A stretch of 64,000 nucleotides of DNA from Promethearchaeota archaeon (GTDB lineage Archaea; Asgardarchaeota; Hermodarchaeia; Hermodarchaeales; Hermodarchaeaceae), in NCBI GenBank assembly GCA_048938385.1, contig JBHLMG010000002.1:129596-193595 (forward strand). The letters run 5' to 3'. Below the pieces are notes generated by a model. It was not told where the DNA came from, did no database searches, and was given only the letters and a program-made list of their open reading frames with translations. How positions within the stretch are numbered: position 1 is the first letter of the stretch; each line of letters begins with the position of its first letter. The position numbers were made by a program, and so were the translations under genes. Shown here piece by piece: positions 27,512 to 37,378 of this stretch.

Positions 27512-27898
27512 AATGACAACTACCAGATTCTAAGACCCATAAAGGTTACTTCAACATGCTTACAAGATAAATTTGCTCTGAACCTTACAAATTTTAACAA
27601 ACATCACAGTACCTTGCTTTTTTAGGTAAGGAAAAAAAACCTTAGATCGCTTAAAAAGTAAAACCAAGCCCAGATAATCACATTCCTCCCATTTTACCCC
27701 TAAGAATCCGTTTATATGCCAACATCGCTGCTTTACAATCTATTTTCTTTGCTTTTTATTTCTCCACACGAACCATCTTCTTGGTGGTAGCTTGAGCGAT
27801 AGCACACTCATGAATGACCCAAATGGAAGACCTGATCCAATGTAGGAAAAACTTCACACTCTACAGAGGGACAGGATACACTAAACACTCGACATTCT

Positions 27899-27931
27899 AG
27901 AAAAAGAAAGAATGGGCTACTTGCGTAGCCC
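27899..27931 (-). terminator. Hairpin plus T-rich tail downstream of the ferredoxin gene
   Basis: The minus strand reads GGGCTAC-gcaa-GTAGCCC followed by ATTCTTTCTTTTTC. Confidence 0.45.
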
Positions 27932-27981
27932 CCCGGCTCCAGGGTTGGGAAGAGCTCTGAGGAGGGATCCTCTGATTATTA

Positions 27982-28164
27982 TCAGAGTGTTATGGCCTCT
28001 TCAGGACAGTTCTCAACGCAGGATTCGCACTCCACGCAAGCATCAGGGTCAGTAACCTTTGAGATGTTGTCTTGCAGGGTAAAACACTCGCTAGGGCAGA
28101 CATCGACGCAAGTTCCACATCCAGTGCATTTAGCTTCATCTACTTTAGGTGGCATTGTGTTCAT
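27982..28164 (-). CDS. 2x[4Fe-4S] ferredoxin (60 aa)
   Basis: CTGCGTCVDVCP and CVECESCVENCP. Confidence 0.85.
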   Translation of the reverse strand: MNTMPPKVDEAKCTGCGTCVDVCPSECFTLQDNISKVTDPDACVECESCVENCPEEAITL

Positions 28165-28295
28165 CTATCCTATGTGAATCAAGGCTCATCCCTAACCAGA
28201 GACAGGGATGAAAGTATTTTGACAGCAGAGCAGTTATATTTTAACTTTTACACACCTTCCAATTTTTTCCAATCGTAAGTGTAATAAACCCCCTT

Positions 28296-28739
28296 TTGCG
28301 AATCTTCTCTACTTCTCATCAGATGCTAATTGGAGATGATTGTATACCATCAAAGAAAAGCCGGATTTTCACTGAGGATGCCCCATTACCAGTGGGTCCG
28401 TATAGTCAAGCTATCCGTGCAGGTGATTTTCTCTTTGTTGCAGGTCAGGTTCCTGTGGATCCGACAACAGGTGACTTTGTTTTAGGATCAATAACAAACC
28501 AAACCCAACGAGTTATGGATAATATCAAACTGATACTTGAAGCTGCTGGGGCTAGTTTGAACGATGTCGTTCGTACTACCATTTACTTGACCAACATGCA
28601 AGACTTCAACGATGTTAATGAAGCCTATGGAAACTACTTTGACCTCGTTCCTCCCGCTCGATCCACTATTGGCGTGGCAGATTTACCGAAGGGTGTAGCG
28701 ATCGAAATAGATGTCATCGCGTATCACCCGGAAAAATGA
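28296..28739 (+). CDS. ridA: RidA/YjgF/UK114 family enamine/imine deaminase
   Basis: APLPVGPYSQA...FVAGQVP...RSTIGVADLPKGVAIEIDVIA. The likely ATG is at 28323. Confidence 0.85.
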   Translation: MRIFSTSHQMLIGDDCIPSKKSRIFTEDAPLPVGPYSQAIRAGDFLFVAGQVPVDPTTGDFVLGSITNQTQRVMDNIKLILEAAGASLNDVVRTTIYLTNMQDFNDVNEAYGNYFDLVPPARSTIGVADLPKGVAIEIDVIAYHPEK

Positions 28740-28800
28740 TACAACTCAAGAGGCGTTGAATATCTAGACTTATATTCTCACAAGTCTGCATGCTATACTC

Positions 28801-29892
28801 ATGAAGCGATTACATACCGAGCTCTGTGATCTACTGGGAATTCCTTATCCTATAATTCAGGGTGGAATGGGTCCATATAAAACCGAAGATTTGGCAATAG
28901 CGGTCGCGAATGCTGGGAGCCTTGGGATTATCAGTAGCATCGGCATGGCAGCAACACTTCTGCCTAAGGCAGCTCCTCTTGACGCCGTTCGCCTGTTTGG
29001 AGAGGATCCACCCCTAGTTATCCTTCAAAAGTCCATCGAACGAGTAGCGAAGCTCACAAAAGCATCAAGCGGAATCTTTGGTGTAAATGTTCCAGTGGCC
29101 GCAGAGTTTCTCCTTGCATCGGAGATATTCGTCAAACAGGTCATTGAAAGCCGGCAATCAGATTCCGATATTGAACGCCGCTTACGGGTCCTAATTACTT
29201 CAGCAGGCAATCCATCGCCATGGGCTGAAGTGAAAAAGCATGGACTAATTTGGATGCATGTGGTTCCGTCCGTCTATCATGCCAAAAAAGCCGAACGCGC
29301 AGGAGCCGATGTCATCATCGCTTCAGGACATGAAGGAGGTGCCCATGTAGCATGGGATCCGGTGCATTCAATGGTCTTGATACCCGCGGTGGCACAAGCC
29401 GTTAAGACGCCCGTTGTAGCGGCCGGAGGATTTAGTGATGGGGCGTCTCTCGCCGCTGCCTTATGCCTGGGTGCAATCGGCGTTCAAATGGGAACACGCT
29501 TCATTGCTACCCAAGAAAGTGACTTCGAATCTATCTGGAAAGATGCAATCCTTCGATATGAAGAAAGGCAGACTCTAGTGGGGCGTGGACTGTTTGGTCC
29601 AATGCGATTCCTCAGGAATCAAAGGGCAGAACAACTCGTGGATCAAACCCTCAAAGATGTACCCCGCTTCTATTTAGGCAACCCAGTGAATTCCAATGAC
29701 GCTATCCTGAAACTTGAGCAATCAGGATTTATTGATCTCTTGGATAAAAAACCTGACTCAGCTCTCATGTTTGGAGGAGAGGTAACAGGAAGGATTACCA
29801 ACCTACCCACCGTGAAGGACCTAATCATCCAGATCATCGACGAAGCTGTGACGATTTTAAACACTCTTCCTACCAAGTTCCTTCAGAGCTAG
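28801..29892 (+). CDS. Nitronate monooxygenase / FabK-like FMN oxidoreductase (NPD family)
   Basis: PIIQGGMG..., IIASGHEGGAH, VVAAGGF and GVQMGTRF signatures. Confidence 0.85.
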   Translation: MKRLHTELCDLLGIPYPIIQGGMGPYKTEDLAIAVANAGSLGIISSIGMAATLLPKAAPLDAVRLFGEDPPLVILQKSIERVAKLTKASSGIFGVNVPVAAEFLLASEIFVKQVIESRQSDSDIERRLRVLITSAGNPSPWAEVKKHGLIWMHVVPSVYHAKKAERAGADVIIASGHEGGAHVAWDPVHSMVLIPAVAQAVKTPVVAAGGFSDGASLAAALCLGAIGVQMGTRFIATQESDFESIWKDAILRYEERQTLVGRGLFGPMRFLRNQRAEQLVDQTLKDVPRFYLGNPVNSNDAILKLEQSGFIDLLDKKPDSALMFGGEVTGRITNLPTVKDLIIQIIDEAVTILNTLPTKFLQS

Positions 29893-29902
29893 CTCAGCTC
29901 AT

Positions 29903-31309
29903 TTAGCGAAATTGTTGGGTTCGATGCCAACGACGGTGTGCTTCAATCTTATCTTTAGGAACAAAGCGTTTACAGCTAGGACACTTCACAAAGCCTTTCG
30001 TCACCATTTCTAGAACTTGGTTTCGGCGTCGACGCTCCGACACCCGACTAATATAATCTGCGAGTCCAAAGGTGAGAACCGTTGCAGGAATCAACACTAA
30101 GGCAGGTAGTAGAACTGTCTGTCCTGCACGAACCGATCGATCCGAGATATTCGGAACTGCAAGAATTACCGAAAGAGGATGATTTGCCACTATCACTTCT
30201 GATCCTTCACGAGTGAAGTCAAAATTTGCAGTTACCACAACCTCTGGTTGATATATCAAGTTCCAGAGAATCCGTGTATCCCAATAGATCGTATTCCATG
30301 ATTGAATAGTGAGGATAGGACGGTCATTTTCAAAGACAGTTCCGACACCTAAAACCTCATGGCCAGGGCTATAGGGATCAAAATCCTCCACTAAAGTTTG
30401 GCTAATTCCTGCTTTCATGGCAGAACTAGCCCATATTGTATCTGGATCCCACCCACTTGTTGAGTATGATAATATCCATAACTCGTTTCCTTTGACAAAT
30501 GCGATTTCATAACCAGGTCGATCGGCCATTGCGTCACCAATTTCAAGTGAGCGAATTGTATCCTCCCAGAAGAATAGCAGGCTCGTATCCCAACTCCCGT
30601 TCTCGTAGGATAATTGGATAATACCAGTATGATAACCTGCCACAAGTAACTCCTGCCCCATAAAACCCGGGTCTACATCTCCAATAGCTCCACATAGAAG
30701 GGTATTGGTGATTGTGTAGATGTTTGTAAGTGACCAGGTGACATTGTTAAACTGTTCAACGATGACTACACGACTAGTATGTGTGGCTGACGACCAGTTA
30801 TAGTGTTCGCCGATAATGACAATCTCGTAGGCCTCTGATGCTTCGATTAGTTGTCCAGAAATCATTGCCTTGATGGTTAATTCAGGGGGTGTCCAGGGTA
30901 AGACTCCGATGATTTTGTTCTCCCAGGTATCGATTCCACGAGAAATCAACCGCAAGGTCCCATTGTATGAGAGAACTGCAATCTCCTCCCCTTTGTGATC
31001 GCTATCAAAGTCTCCCACAGAAACTGAGACTAAAGGGTCTGTGTCCCATACAGGATTCCTGTAAGTTGTGTTTTCCCATGGAGAGGTTGATAATCCGCCG
31101 ACCACATATACTCCGGCAGGGGTCAGGTACACAATTTCAAGACCTGGTTTGTAGACATCGACATTCCCCACACCGACGCCCTGCACATCTGTGGTTTCGA
31201 TACTACTCGTGACATATCGCTCTCGTAAACCGACCCAGTTGGTAAAAAACAAAGCGATGATGAGAATGAGCCAAATGGGATAAAGATAGTTTTTTCGGAG
31301 TTGAACCAA
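29903..31309 (-). CDS. Bitopic FG-GAP/VCBS-like beta-propeller protein with a cytoplasmic C2H2-type zinc-finger tail
   Basis: N-terminal hydrophobic anchor. Repeated GD.D.D..G.E... loops (GDFDSDHKGEEIAV, GDVDPGFMGQELLVAG, GDAMADRPGYEIAF, ANFDFTREGSEVIVAN). C-terminal TM helix, then CPSC-x11-H-x3-H. Confidence 0.6.
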   Translation of the reverse strand: MVQLRKNYLYPIWLILIIALFFTNWVGLRERYVTSSIETTDVQGVGVGNVDVYKPGLEIVYLTPAGVYVVGGLSTSPWENTTYRNPVWDTDPLVSVSVGDFDSDHKGEEIAVLSYNGTLRLISRGIDTWENKIIGVLPWTPPELTIKAMISGQLIEASEAYEIVIIGEHYNWSSATHTSRVVIVEQFNNVTWSLTNIYTITNTLLCGAIGDVDPGFMGQELLVAGYHTGIIQLSYENGSWDTSLLFFWEDTIRSLEIGDAMADRPGYEIAFVKGNELWILSYSTSGWDPDTIWASSAMKAGISQTLVEDFDPYSPGHEVLGVGTVFENDRPILTIQSWNTIYWDTRILWNLIYQPEVVVTANFDFTREGSEVIVANHPLSVILAVPNISDRSVRAGQTVLLPALVLIPATVLTFGLADYISRVSERRRRNQVLEMVTKGFVKCPSCKRFVPKDKIEAHRRWHRTQQFR

Positions 31310-31492
31310 TTGGGGTCACCCTCACACCGTTGAGGTACTGTAAATAAGTTCAGGCTTAAATATTCTTTATTTCCATAGAGTGAAAACATAACCACAACCT
31401 TAATCCGAGCTCAACGAGCGCAACGCAGTTAGGAATGCGACTCGTATCAAAGAACAAGCTTGCCGAATCGACAAGGAAGCAGCTAAGAAGCT

Positions 31493-32038
31493 ATGAAACA
31501 CACACAACCTCTAAAGGTAGTCTTGATGAAGTCAAATCCAATACGGTTTGAACTTGGTTGTGATGTCAACGAGTTTAAGCAATACTACGAATCGATTCAT
31601 AAAAAACTGACCAACCTCGAGATGAAGATTATCAAACAAGATCCTGAACATTTGATTGTTTGGCGTGAAAATAGTGTGATTGTGGGACATGCCCTGTGGC
31701 ACGAGGCGTCCACGGATGAACATCGTAGAGGTGATCCACGAGATGCAGAAGACAGAGAAATATTACAGAAACTCTTTGACGGAAAAAAGGAAATTGTAGA
31801 ACTCCATGAAGTCTGGCTGAAAAAAGAGCACCGGATGAAGGGATATGGAAAACAATTCTTTGAGTTTTTTGAAACACTCATGCGCCAAAAAGAGCACTAC
31901 GAAATTGCATATTACGCGTATCATCCGGCAGCCCTCAATATTTGCCGAAGCCGCGGTTACAGAGAAGAATGTTGTCTTCAAAGCCCAGGATTTGAGGGAA
32001 CCATTGTGACACAGTATTTATTTCGAATATCATTATAG
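31493..32038 (+). CDS. GNAT-family acetyltransferase-like protein
   Basis: LHEVWLKKEHRMKGYGKQFFEFF resembles the acetyl-CoA-binding motif A (R/Q-x-x-G-x-G/A). Otherwise divergent. Confidence 0.55.
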   Translation: MKHTQPLKVVLMKSNPIRFELGCDVNEFKQYYESIHKKLTNLEMKIIKQDPEHLIVWRENSVIVGHALWHEASTDEHRRGDPRDAEDREILQKLFDGKKEIVELHEVWLKKEHRMKGYGKQFFEFFETLMRQKEHYEIAYYAYHPAALNICRSRGYREECCLQSPGFEGTIVTQYLFRISL

Positions 32039-32054
32039 ATAAGAGGAATTTTTG

Positions 32055-32092
32055 TTTGAATGTCTTTTATTTGAATGTCTTTTATTTGAATA
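32055..32092. repeat. 15-nt tandem repeat, 2.5 copies (TTTGAATGTCTTTTA)
   Basis: Read directly from the sequence, in the T-rich region just downstream of the GNAT gene stop. Confidence 0.7.
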
Positions 32093-32272
32093 AAATTAAA
32101 GCAAAACATACTCTAGATTGCAGAATATCTTTAGTAATTTTGAACTTCTGGATCACTCCATTTAATGCAAGAATACAAATGGGTTATCGTTCATGACCGT
32201 TAATTTTAATACACCATTGGCTAAGCCTAGAAAACAATACCCTTGATTTGTTATTTTAACGGGGCTGAAGTT

Positions 32273-32806
32273 ATGGCACAGGATATTGAACCCAAAATAG
32301 TCTGGCGGCATACATTCTCAATTGCAGTACTAATGTTGGTTGCGTTCATCGCTATTGATGGGTTACACTTTTTCATTTTTGGCACCAAGTTCACCTATCT
32401 CCTCAACCCCGCTTCAGCCACGGCGGTCATCGATTTCTTCTTTTATCTGCTCACCTTCGCAGGAATGGCGTTTCTCGTTGGGTTCTTAGTGAACTTTGAA
32501 ACTAAAGATGTTGTAATTGCGGGCGTACTCGGACCGTACTTGTTTCTCGTTGTTAATGGAGTTATACTCCACATTCTCCTGATGCTTAATCCGGCATATG
32601 CAACCACTCTCATTCCACACTGGCAATGGACATGGGGTCCTACTCCCGATTGGTTTGCCATTCTCGATCAGATCTTGATAACCTATTGGATGCTCTATCT
32701 CCAAAGTTTCCTTCTCTTCACTGTTCTTGCCCTCCCTTTCATTTTAGCCACTAGTTTTACCGGACACGCTATTCGTGTAATGATGGGTTGGAACTTTCCT
32801 GGGTAA
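32273..32806 (+). CDS. Hypothetical polytopic membrane protein
   Basis: About 5 hydrophobic helices. The ATG at 32273 is preferred over the TTG at 32243. Confidence 0.5.
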   Translation: MAQDIEPKIVWRHTFSIAVLMLVAFIAIDGLHFFIFGTKFTYLLNPASATAVIDFFFYLLTFAGMAFLVGFLVNFETKDVVIAGVLGPYLFLVVNGVILHILLMLNPAYATTLIPHWQWTWGPTPDWFAILDQILITYWMLYLQSFLLFTVLALPFILATSFTGHAIRVMMGWNFPG

Positions 32807-32877
32807 TCTCTGACGAAGTAACACAAATAAGGAATGAAATCTTCCCCTGAACCCCATAAAACTTCAAGTGACACATC

Positions 32878-33435
32878 ATGATCAAAGGGGAACGAATCAC
32901 CCTTAGGGGACTCGAACTCGAAGACGCTGAAATAATTTTGCAACACTTCAATGATGTCGAAGTTCGCCGTTATTTGAACGGATTAACTCCCATTGCAAAA
33001 GAGGAGGAAAAGGAATGGATACGAAACACTTGGGAGGACAGAAAAAAGGGAACTGCTTTTACCTTCGGAATTGAACTCACTGACGACCAACAACTCATCG
33101 GTACTTGTAGTCTCTTCTCCATTTCACGAATTCATCGAAACGCAGAACTGGGAATTGCCATTTGGAATAAGCAGTATTGGAATAAGGGGTTGGGTCAAGA
33201 AGCCCTCAAACTCCTACTCAGCTATGGGTTCAATTACTTAAATCTACACAGCGTTTTTCTCCTTGTTCATGAGGGTAACAAAAGGGCGATTCGTGCCTAC
33301 GAAAAAGTAGGATTCAAACAAGCCGCCCGAAGGCGTCAGGCTGTCTTCCAAAACGGAAAATACATCGATTTGTTGACCATGGATGTTCTTGAGGATGAAT
33401 TCCGAAGTTTACATCCCACTCTCAAACTATTTTAA
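32878..33435 (+). CDS. GNAT N-acetyltransferase, RimJ/RimL-like
   Basis: ITLRGLELEDAE...WNKGLGQEALKLLL...GNKRAIRAYEKVGF. Confidence 0.85.
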   Translation: MIKGERITLRGLELEDAEIILQHFNDVEVRRYLNGLTPIAKEEEKEWIRNTWEDRKKGTAFTFGIELTDDQQLIGTCSLFSISRIHRNAELGIAIWNKQYWNKGLGQEALKLLLSYGFNYLNLHSVFLLVHEGNKRAIRAYEKVGFKQAARRRQAVFQNGKYIDLLTMDVLEDEFRSLHPTLKLF

Positions 33436-33487
33436 AAAATGGGCTGAGAATCAAGCGGAACCACTACTAGTGACTATGGGCTGGGAT

Positions 33488-34270
33488 CTAGGCTTGTGCT
33501 CGGGAGAACAAGTAAGTTCCGATACCGATCGTCGCTAAGGTAAAGCCAACAAGGACGCTCAGGGTAATCCATGGACCCATGGGTCCAAGAATGAGGGCCA
33601 TGTTTCCAACGAGACAAAACCGCATGAGTTCTACGCCATAAAAGAGGGGATCAGCGAGCATCACGAGCTGCAATGGTAAAGGTGCTGTGTCAATTGGGAA
33701 AAACACACCACTCAACATGAAGATCGGCCAGAGTATGAAAGTTGAGATGAGCTGGAAGGCATGGAAATCTGTTAGAGCTGACGCTATAGCGACACCTAAG
33801 CCTACGAACCCTGCAGTGATTAGAACCATGACTCCTAATGCAGCGAAAATCCCGATGGCAAATCGGAGATCAATGAGATAGGCACCTAATGCGGTAGATA
33901 CCACCAAAATGAGAATGCCTTGAATTGTGGCTGTAATGGCACCACCAAGGATTTTTCCGACAATCAAGCTAGTACGGCTGACAGGCGCTACAAGCATTTC
34001 TTTTAGAAAACCAAATTGGCGATCAAAAATCACCGAAATACCAGAAAATATTGAAGCGAACAACAATCCCATGGCAATGATGCCAGGAGCAATATAGGAA
34101 AGATAAGTAACTCCGCCAATGCCAAAAATACCACCAATTCCAAATCCAAGGATGGCTAGAAAGAAGAAACTTTGCGCAATTGAGGCAATGATACGGGCTT
34201 TTGCACGCCAAAAGCGCTTCAGTTCACGAAGTAAGACCACATACACTGCTTGTCCTGATATTGGTTGCAT
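33488..34270 (-). CDS. ABC-2 type transporter permease
   Basis: 260 aa with 6 TM helices and an ABC-2 layout, immediately downstream of a DrrA-type ATPase. Confidence 0.85.
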   Translation of the reverse strand: MQPISGQAVYVVLLRELKRFWRAKARIIASIAQSFFFLAILGFGIGGIFGIGGVTYLSYIAPGIIAMGLLFASIFSGISVIFDRQFGFLKEMLVAPVSRTSLIVGKILGGAITATIQGILILVVSTALGAYLIDLRFAIGIFAALGVMVLITAGFVGLGVAIASALTDFHAFQLISTFILWPIFMLSGVFFPIDTAPLPLQLVMLADPLFYGVELMRFCLVGNMALILGPMGPWITLSVLVGFTLATIGIGTYLFSRAQA

Positions 34271-34289
34271 TCTTGATTCACCTTCCTAT

Positions 34290-35516
34290 TTAATGGGGAG
34301 TTCTTTGACCCCTGGCTTGTCGAATCACGCGCCGTTGGCGGACCATCTCCAAAATGCTTCCTTTTTCATCTCGAATACTACGCCCAGTGACTGACAAGAA
34401 TACATCATCAAGAGTGGGCTTGTGCATCTCCACTTTCTCTAATTGCACTCCATTCTTATCTACGAGCATAATGATTTCTGGAATTCGGCGTCCTGCATCA
34501 TCCACACGAAGATTGAGACGGCGGTGAGTCAAAATCTTCTCTTGTAACCCTGTTTCTCCCCCTTCCATCATTTTCTTAAAGGCTGATGTCATGCTAGATT
34601 GCCCACTACCAGGAGAGCCCATTTCAGGCATTATACCTCCCATTCCACCTCCCATTCCACTGCCCATTCTACCTCTCATACTTGTCATTAACGCCATTAT
34701 TCCACCAATCCCCCCGTGATCGTTCGTGGCAGAAACGGGAAGGACCGCAGTAACCCACTTTAGATTTCTAAAGACAGGAAGCAGCTTATGGGCGCTCGGG
34801 GCATCAGGAAATGTTAAGCTAACGATGTCACCCTCCAAACCCGCCTTCAAGTTCTCAGTAGTGTCTAGAGCCACAATCTTCCCAAAGTCAATGATCTGAA
34901 TCCGATTGCAAAGGTAATCTGCTTCAGTTGTGTAATGAGTTGTTAGGATGATCGTGACATTTTGTTCTCTATTTAACCGTTGGATGTATTCCCAGATGGC
35001 GCGTCGGGTTTGGGGGTCCAGACCTAATGTTGGTTCATCGAGGAATAGCACCTTTGGGTAATGGAGTAATCCCCGAGCAATTTCTAATCGGCGTTTCATT
35101 CCTCCACTGTAAGTTTTTACATAGACATCCGCACGTTCGGTAAGCTGAACAACCTCAAGAATTTCTTTAATTCGTTCTTGTCGTTGCTGTTTTGTTAGTC
35201 CGTAAATTCGACCATGAAAATCGAGGTTTTCGCGACCAGTGAGTTCGATATCAAGAGTGGGATCTTGAAAAACGAACCCAATGCTTCGCCGCACATTATC
35301 AGGCTCTTTAAGGATATCAAATCCATTCACGATGGCGGTGCCATTGGTGGGGCGTAGAAGCGTGGCAAGCATGTTGAGTGTCGTGGTTTTCCCTGCTCCA
35401 TTGGGGCCGAGAAATCCAAAGATCTCCCCCTCGTCTACAGTGAAGGAAATGTTGTCAACTGCTGTCAAATTGCCATTGAAGACTTTAGTAAGTTCTTTTA
35501 CCTCAATAATACTCAT
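34290..35516 (-). CDS. ABC transporter ATP-binding protein (DrrA/CcmA-type) with a Met/Gly-rich insert in the C-terminal domain
   Basis: Walker A GPNGAGKTT, signature YSGGMKRR, Walker B LFLDEPTLGLD. The insert is aa ~263-322 (nt 34551-34730): GGIGGIMALMTSMRGRMGSGMGGGMGGIMPEMGSPGSGQSSM. Confidence 0.9.
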   Translation of the reverse strand: MSIIEVKELTKVFNGNLTAVDNISFTVDEGEIFGFLGPNGAGKTTTLNMLATLLRPTNGTAIVNGFDILKEPDNVRRSIGFVFQDPTLDIELTGRENLDFHGRIYGLTKQQRQERIKEILEVVQLTERADVYVKTYSGGMKRRLEIARGLLHYPKVLFLDEPTLGLDPQTRRAIWEYIQRLNREQNVTIILTTHYTTEADYLCNRIQIIDFGKIVALDTTENLKAGLEGDIVSLTFPDAPSAHKLLPVFRNLKWVTAVLPVSATNDHGGIGGIMALMTSMRGRMGSGMGGGMGGIMPEMGSPGSGQSSMTSAFKKMMEGGETGLQEKILTHRRLNLRVDDAGRRIPEIIMLVDKNGVQLEKVEMHKPTLDDVFLSVTGRSIRDEKGSILEMVRQRRVIRQARGQRTPH

Positions 35517-36196
35517 CGATTTTCACTACTTCTTGTATTCAGTTCTTTTGACGAAATGTTTTTCATATTCTGAATCTCGTTCTTAACAAGGTCAATTGCC
35601 CACTTCACCGTTTTTTCATGATCCTTAAGAAGGTTGAGACGGTTCTGGAGTTGCGCAATACCCTTTTCAGGATTTGACGCTAAGCCCTTAGGAAGCATCC
35701 CAACTTCGCTAAGAAATAGCTTAGTGTGTTCCAATTTTGCTAATGCTTTGTCCACATTAAAGCTTGGAGGGTGTGGAAAATCTGGAACACCATGTTCGCC
35801 AAGGATTTTTCTCATTATCGCGACAAATCGTGCATGTTGTAAAGCCGCCTTCTCTAAATCTATCCTGCCCTTCGGACGTAACCAATAGACAATTCGGCGA
35901 CGGCCTTCTTTTTCTTCTTCCCTTTTAGTGATTAAGCCGTTTTCATACAGGTCATGGAGGATTGGATAAATTGTGCCTGGTGAAGGTCGCCATCCATCAC
36001 TTGCTTCCGCCATCGCCTGAAGAATTTCATAACCGTATCGCGGGTGATCTGCTAATAAGGCAAGAATTATGCCTTGCATGTACCCTTTACCTAGCTTCTT
36101 TACAGCGTGTCTTGAGGCTGGCGGATGTTGACTTTTGCTTGGAGTCATAGGGGCATCTCTTTCTATGTCGTTAAGAGAAATATCGGAAAGCGACAC
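35513..36196 (-). CDS. PadR family transcriptional regulator with extended C-terminal helical domain
   Basis: ILALLADHPRYGYEILQAM...GTIYPILHDLYENGLI. 4-nt overlap with the ABC ATPase gene. Confidence 0.8.
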   Translation of the reverse strand: MSLSDISLNDIERDAPMTPSKSQHPPASRHAVKKLGKGYMQGIILALLADHPRYGYEILQAMAEASDGWRPSPGTIYPILHDLYENGLITKREEEKEGRRRIVYWLRPKGRIDLEKAALQHARFVAIMRKILGEHGVPDFPHPPSFNVDKALAKLEHTKLFLSEVGMLPKGLASNPEKGIAQLQNRLNLLKDHEKTVKWAIDLVKNEIQNMKNISSKELNTRSSENR

Positions 36197-36255
36197 TATC
36201 GAATTCCGATATAAAACTTGTGCTTCGTCTAAGGCCCCCTTAATCTCTTAACTGG

Positions 36256-37242
36256 CTAGAGAGGACATTCAGTGGGTCCAGGTTCATTGAGTAGTTGATC
36301 TGTAAATTTACGATTACCAGGAAGGCTCAAAAATCGTCGGAGTCGACTAGTTACCGCTTCTGCATCAGGAAATTCTGTTGGGCCAGGAGTTTCAATGTTA
36401 AACGAAGCCGTAGTGGCTGCAAAAAACGCAGACCATAACGGCCGACCAGTACGCTGGAACTCGAACAAAAAACTAATTGAAAACACATCGCCACTCCCTG
36501 TGTGATCAACAACGGCATATGATGGAATAGTTGGTATTTCTTTAAGGGAGTTTTCTGAGTACAAAAAGGCTCCACGCTGTCCCCAAGTGATAAGGACGAG
36601 TGGGCAACCGGCTTCGAAAACTAGATGTGCTGCATCGTCAAAAGCGGTTTGTTGAGTTAGTTGGCAGATTTCGTTGACATCTGCTTTCAGAATATCAATC
36701 TGAGGTGCTACATCTGAAAAGGACTCCCATGATTGAGCTATGATGCGTGAATCGCGTTCAGATACCCGGTTTCGAATGAATCCCTGTACATCCACTGAAA
36801 CTTTCACACCTCGTCGATGTGCTTCTGGGATAATACAACTATCAACCTCTTTAAGAACGGGACTTAGGTGCATCCATGCTGTATTCCAAAATTGTGATGG
36901 AATATCCTCAACGGTAATAGAAGCTGCCACTTGTTCAGCATGTTGGATTCGGTCACCCTTACCATCATACCGATTGACAAAAAGGGTCGTAGTTGAGGCT
37001 GTGAGAAGACCATCTAAATTTAGACCTGAATCGCGAAGAATCTGTAGATACTCATCGGGAAAATCCCTACCAATTCGTGAAATTATGCCTATTCTCTTCA
37101 TTCCTAATGCTGGTGCTACCATGGCATATGCCGGAGGCCCTCCCATTGCATATCGTGTTTGCCCGTTATATTCAATTTGATCAATAGTAAGGTGACCAAT
37201 TACTACTATTTCAAATCGAGAGAATCCTTCATTGAGTGGCAA
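36256..37242 (-). CDS. PfkB-family carbohydrate/nucleoside kinase
   Basis: The N-terminal GG-containing motif is MGGPPAYA. The C-terminal anion-hole motif is VDHTGSGDVFS. Confidence 0.85.
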   Translation of the reverse strand: MPLNEGFSRFEIVVIGHLTIDQIEYNGQTRYAMGGPPAYAMVAPALGMKRIGIISRIGRDFPDEYLQILRDSGLNLDGLLTASTTTLFVNRYDGKGDRIQHAEQVAASITVEDIPSQFWNTAWMHLSPVLKEVDSCIIPEAHRRGVKVSVDVQGFIRNRVSERDSRIIAQSWESFSDVAPQIDILKADVNEICQLTQQTAFDDAAHLVFEAGCPLVLITWGQRGAFLYSENSLKEIPTIPSYAVVDHTGSGDVFSISFLFEFQRTGRPLWSAFFAATTASFNIETPGPTEFPDAEAVTSRLRRFLSLPGNRKFTDQLLNEPGPTECPL

Positions 37243-37378
37243 AGAAAGAGCATCCTGCTGAATTACTACACTTTCTGTAGTGATAAGGGGCTAAATGGTT
37301 TCTGTCTTTGGAGAACTTCCCCAAAGAGAATTTAGCCAAGCCTTTTAAGCTTCCAAAACGCGCTAAAGGAGTCAAAAG

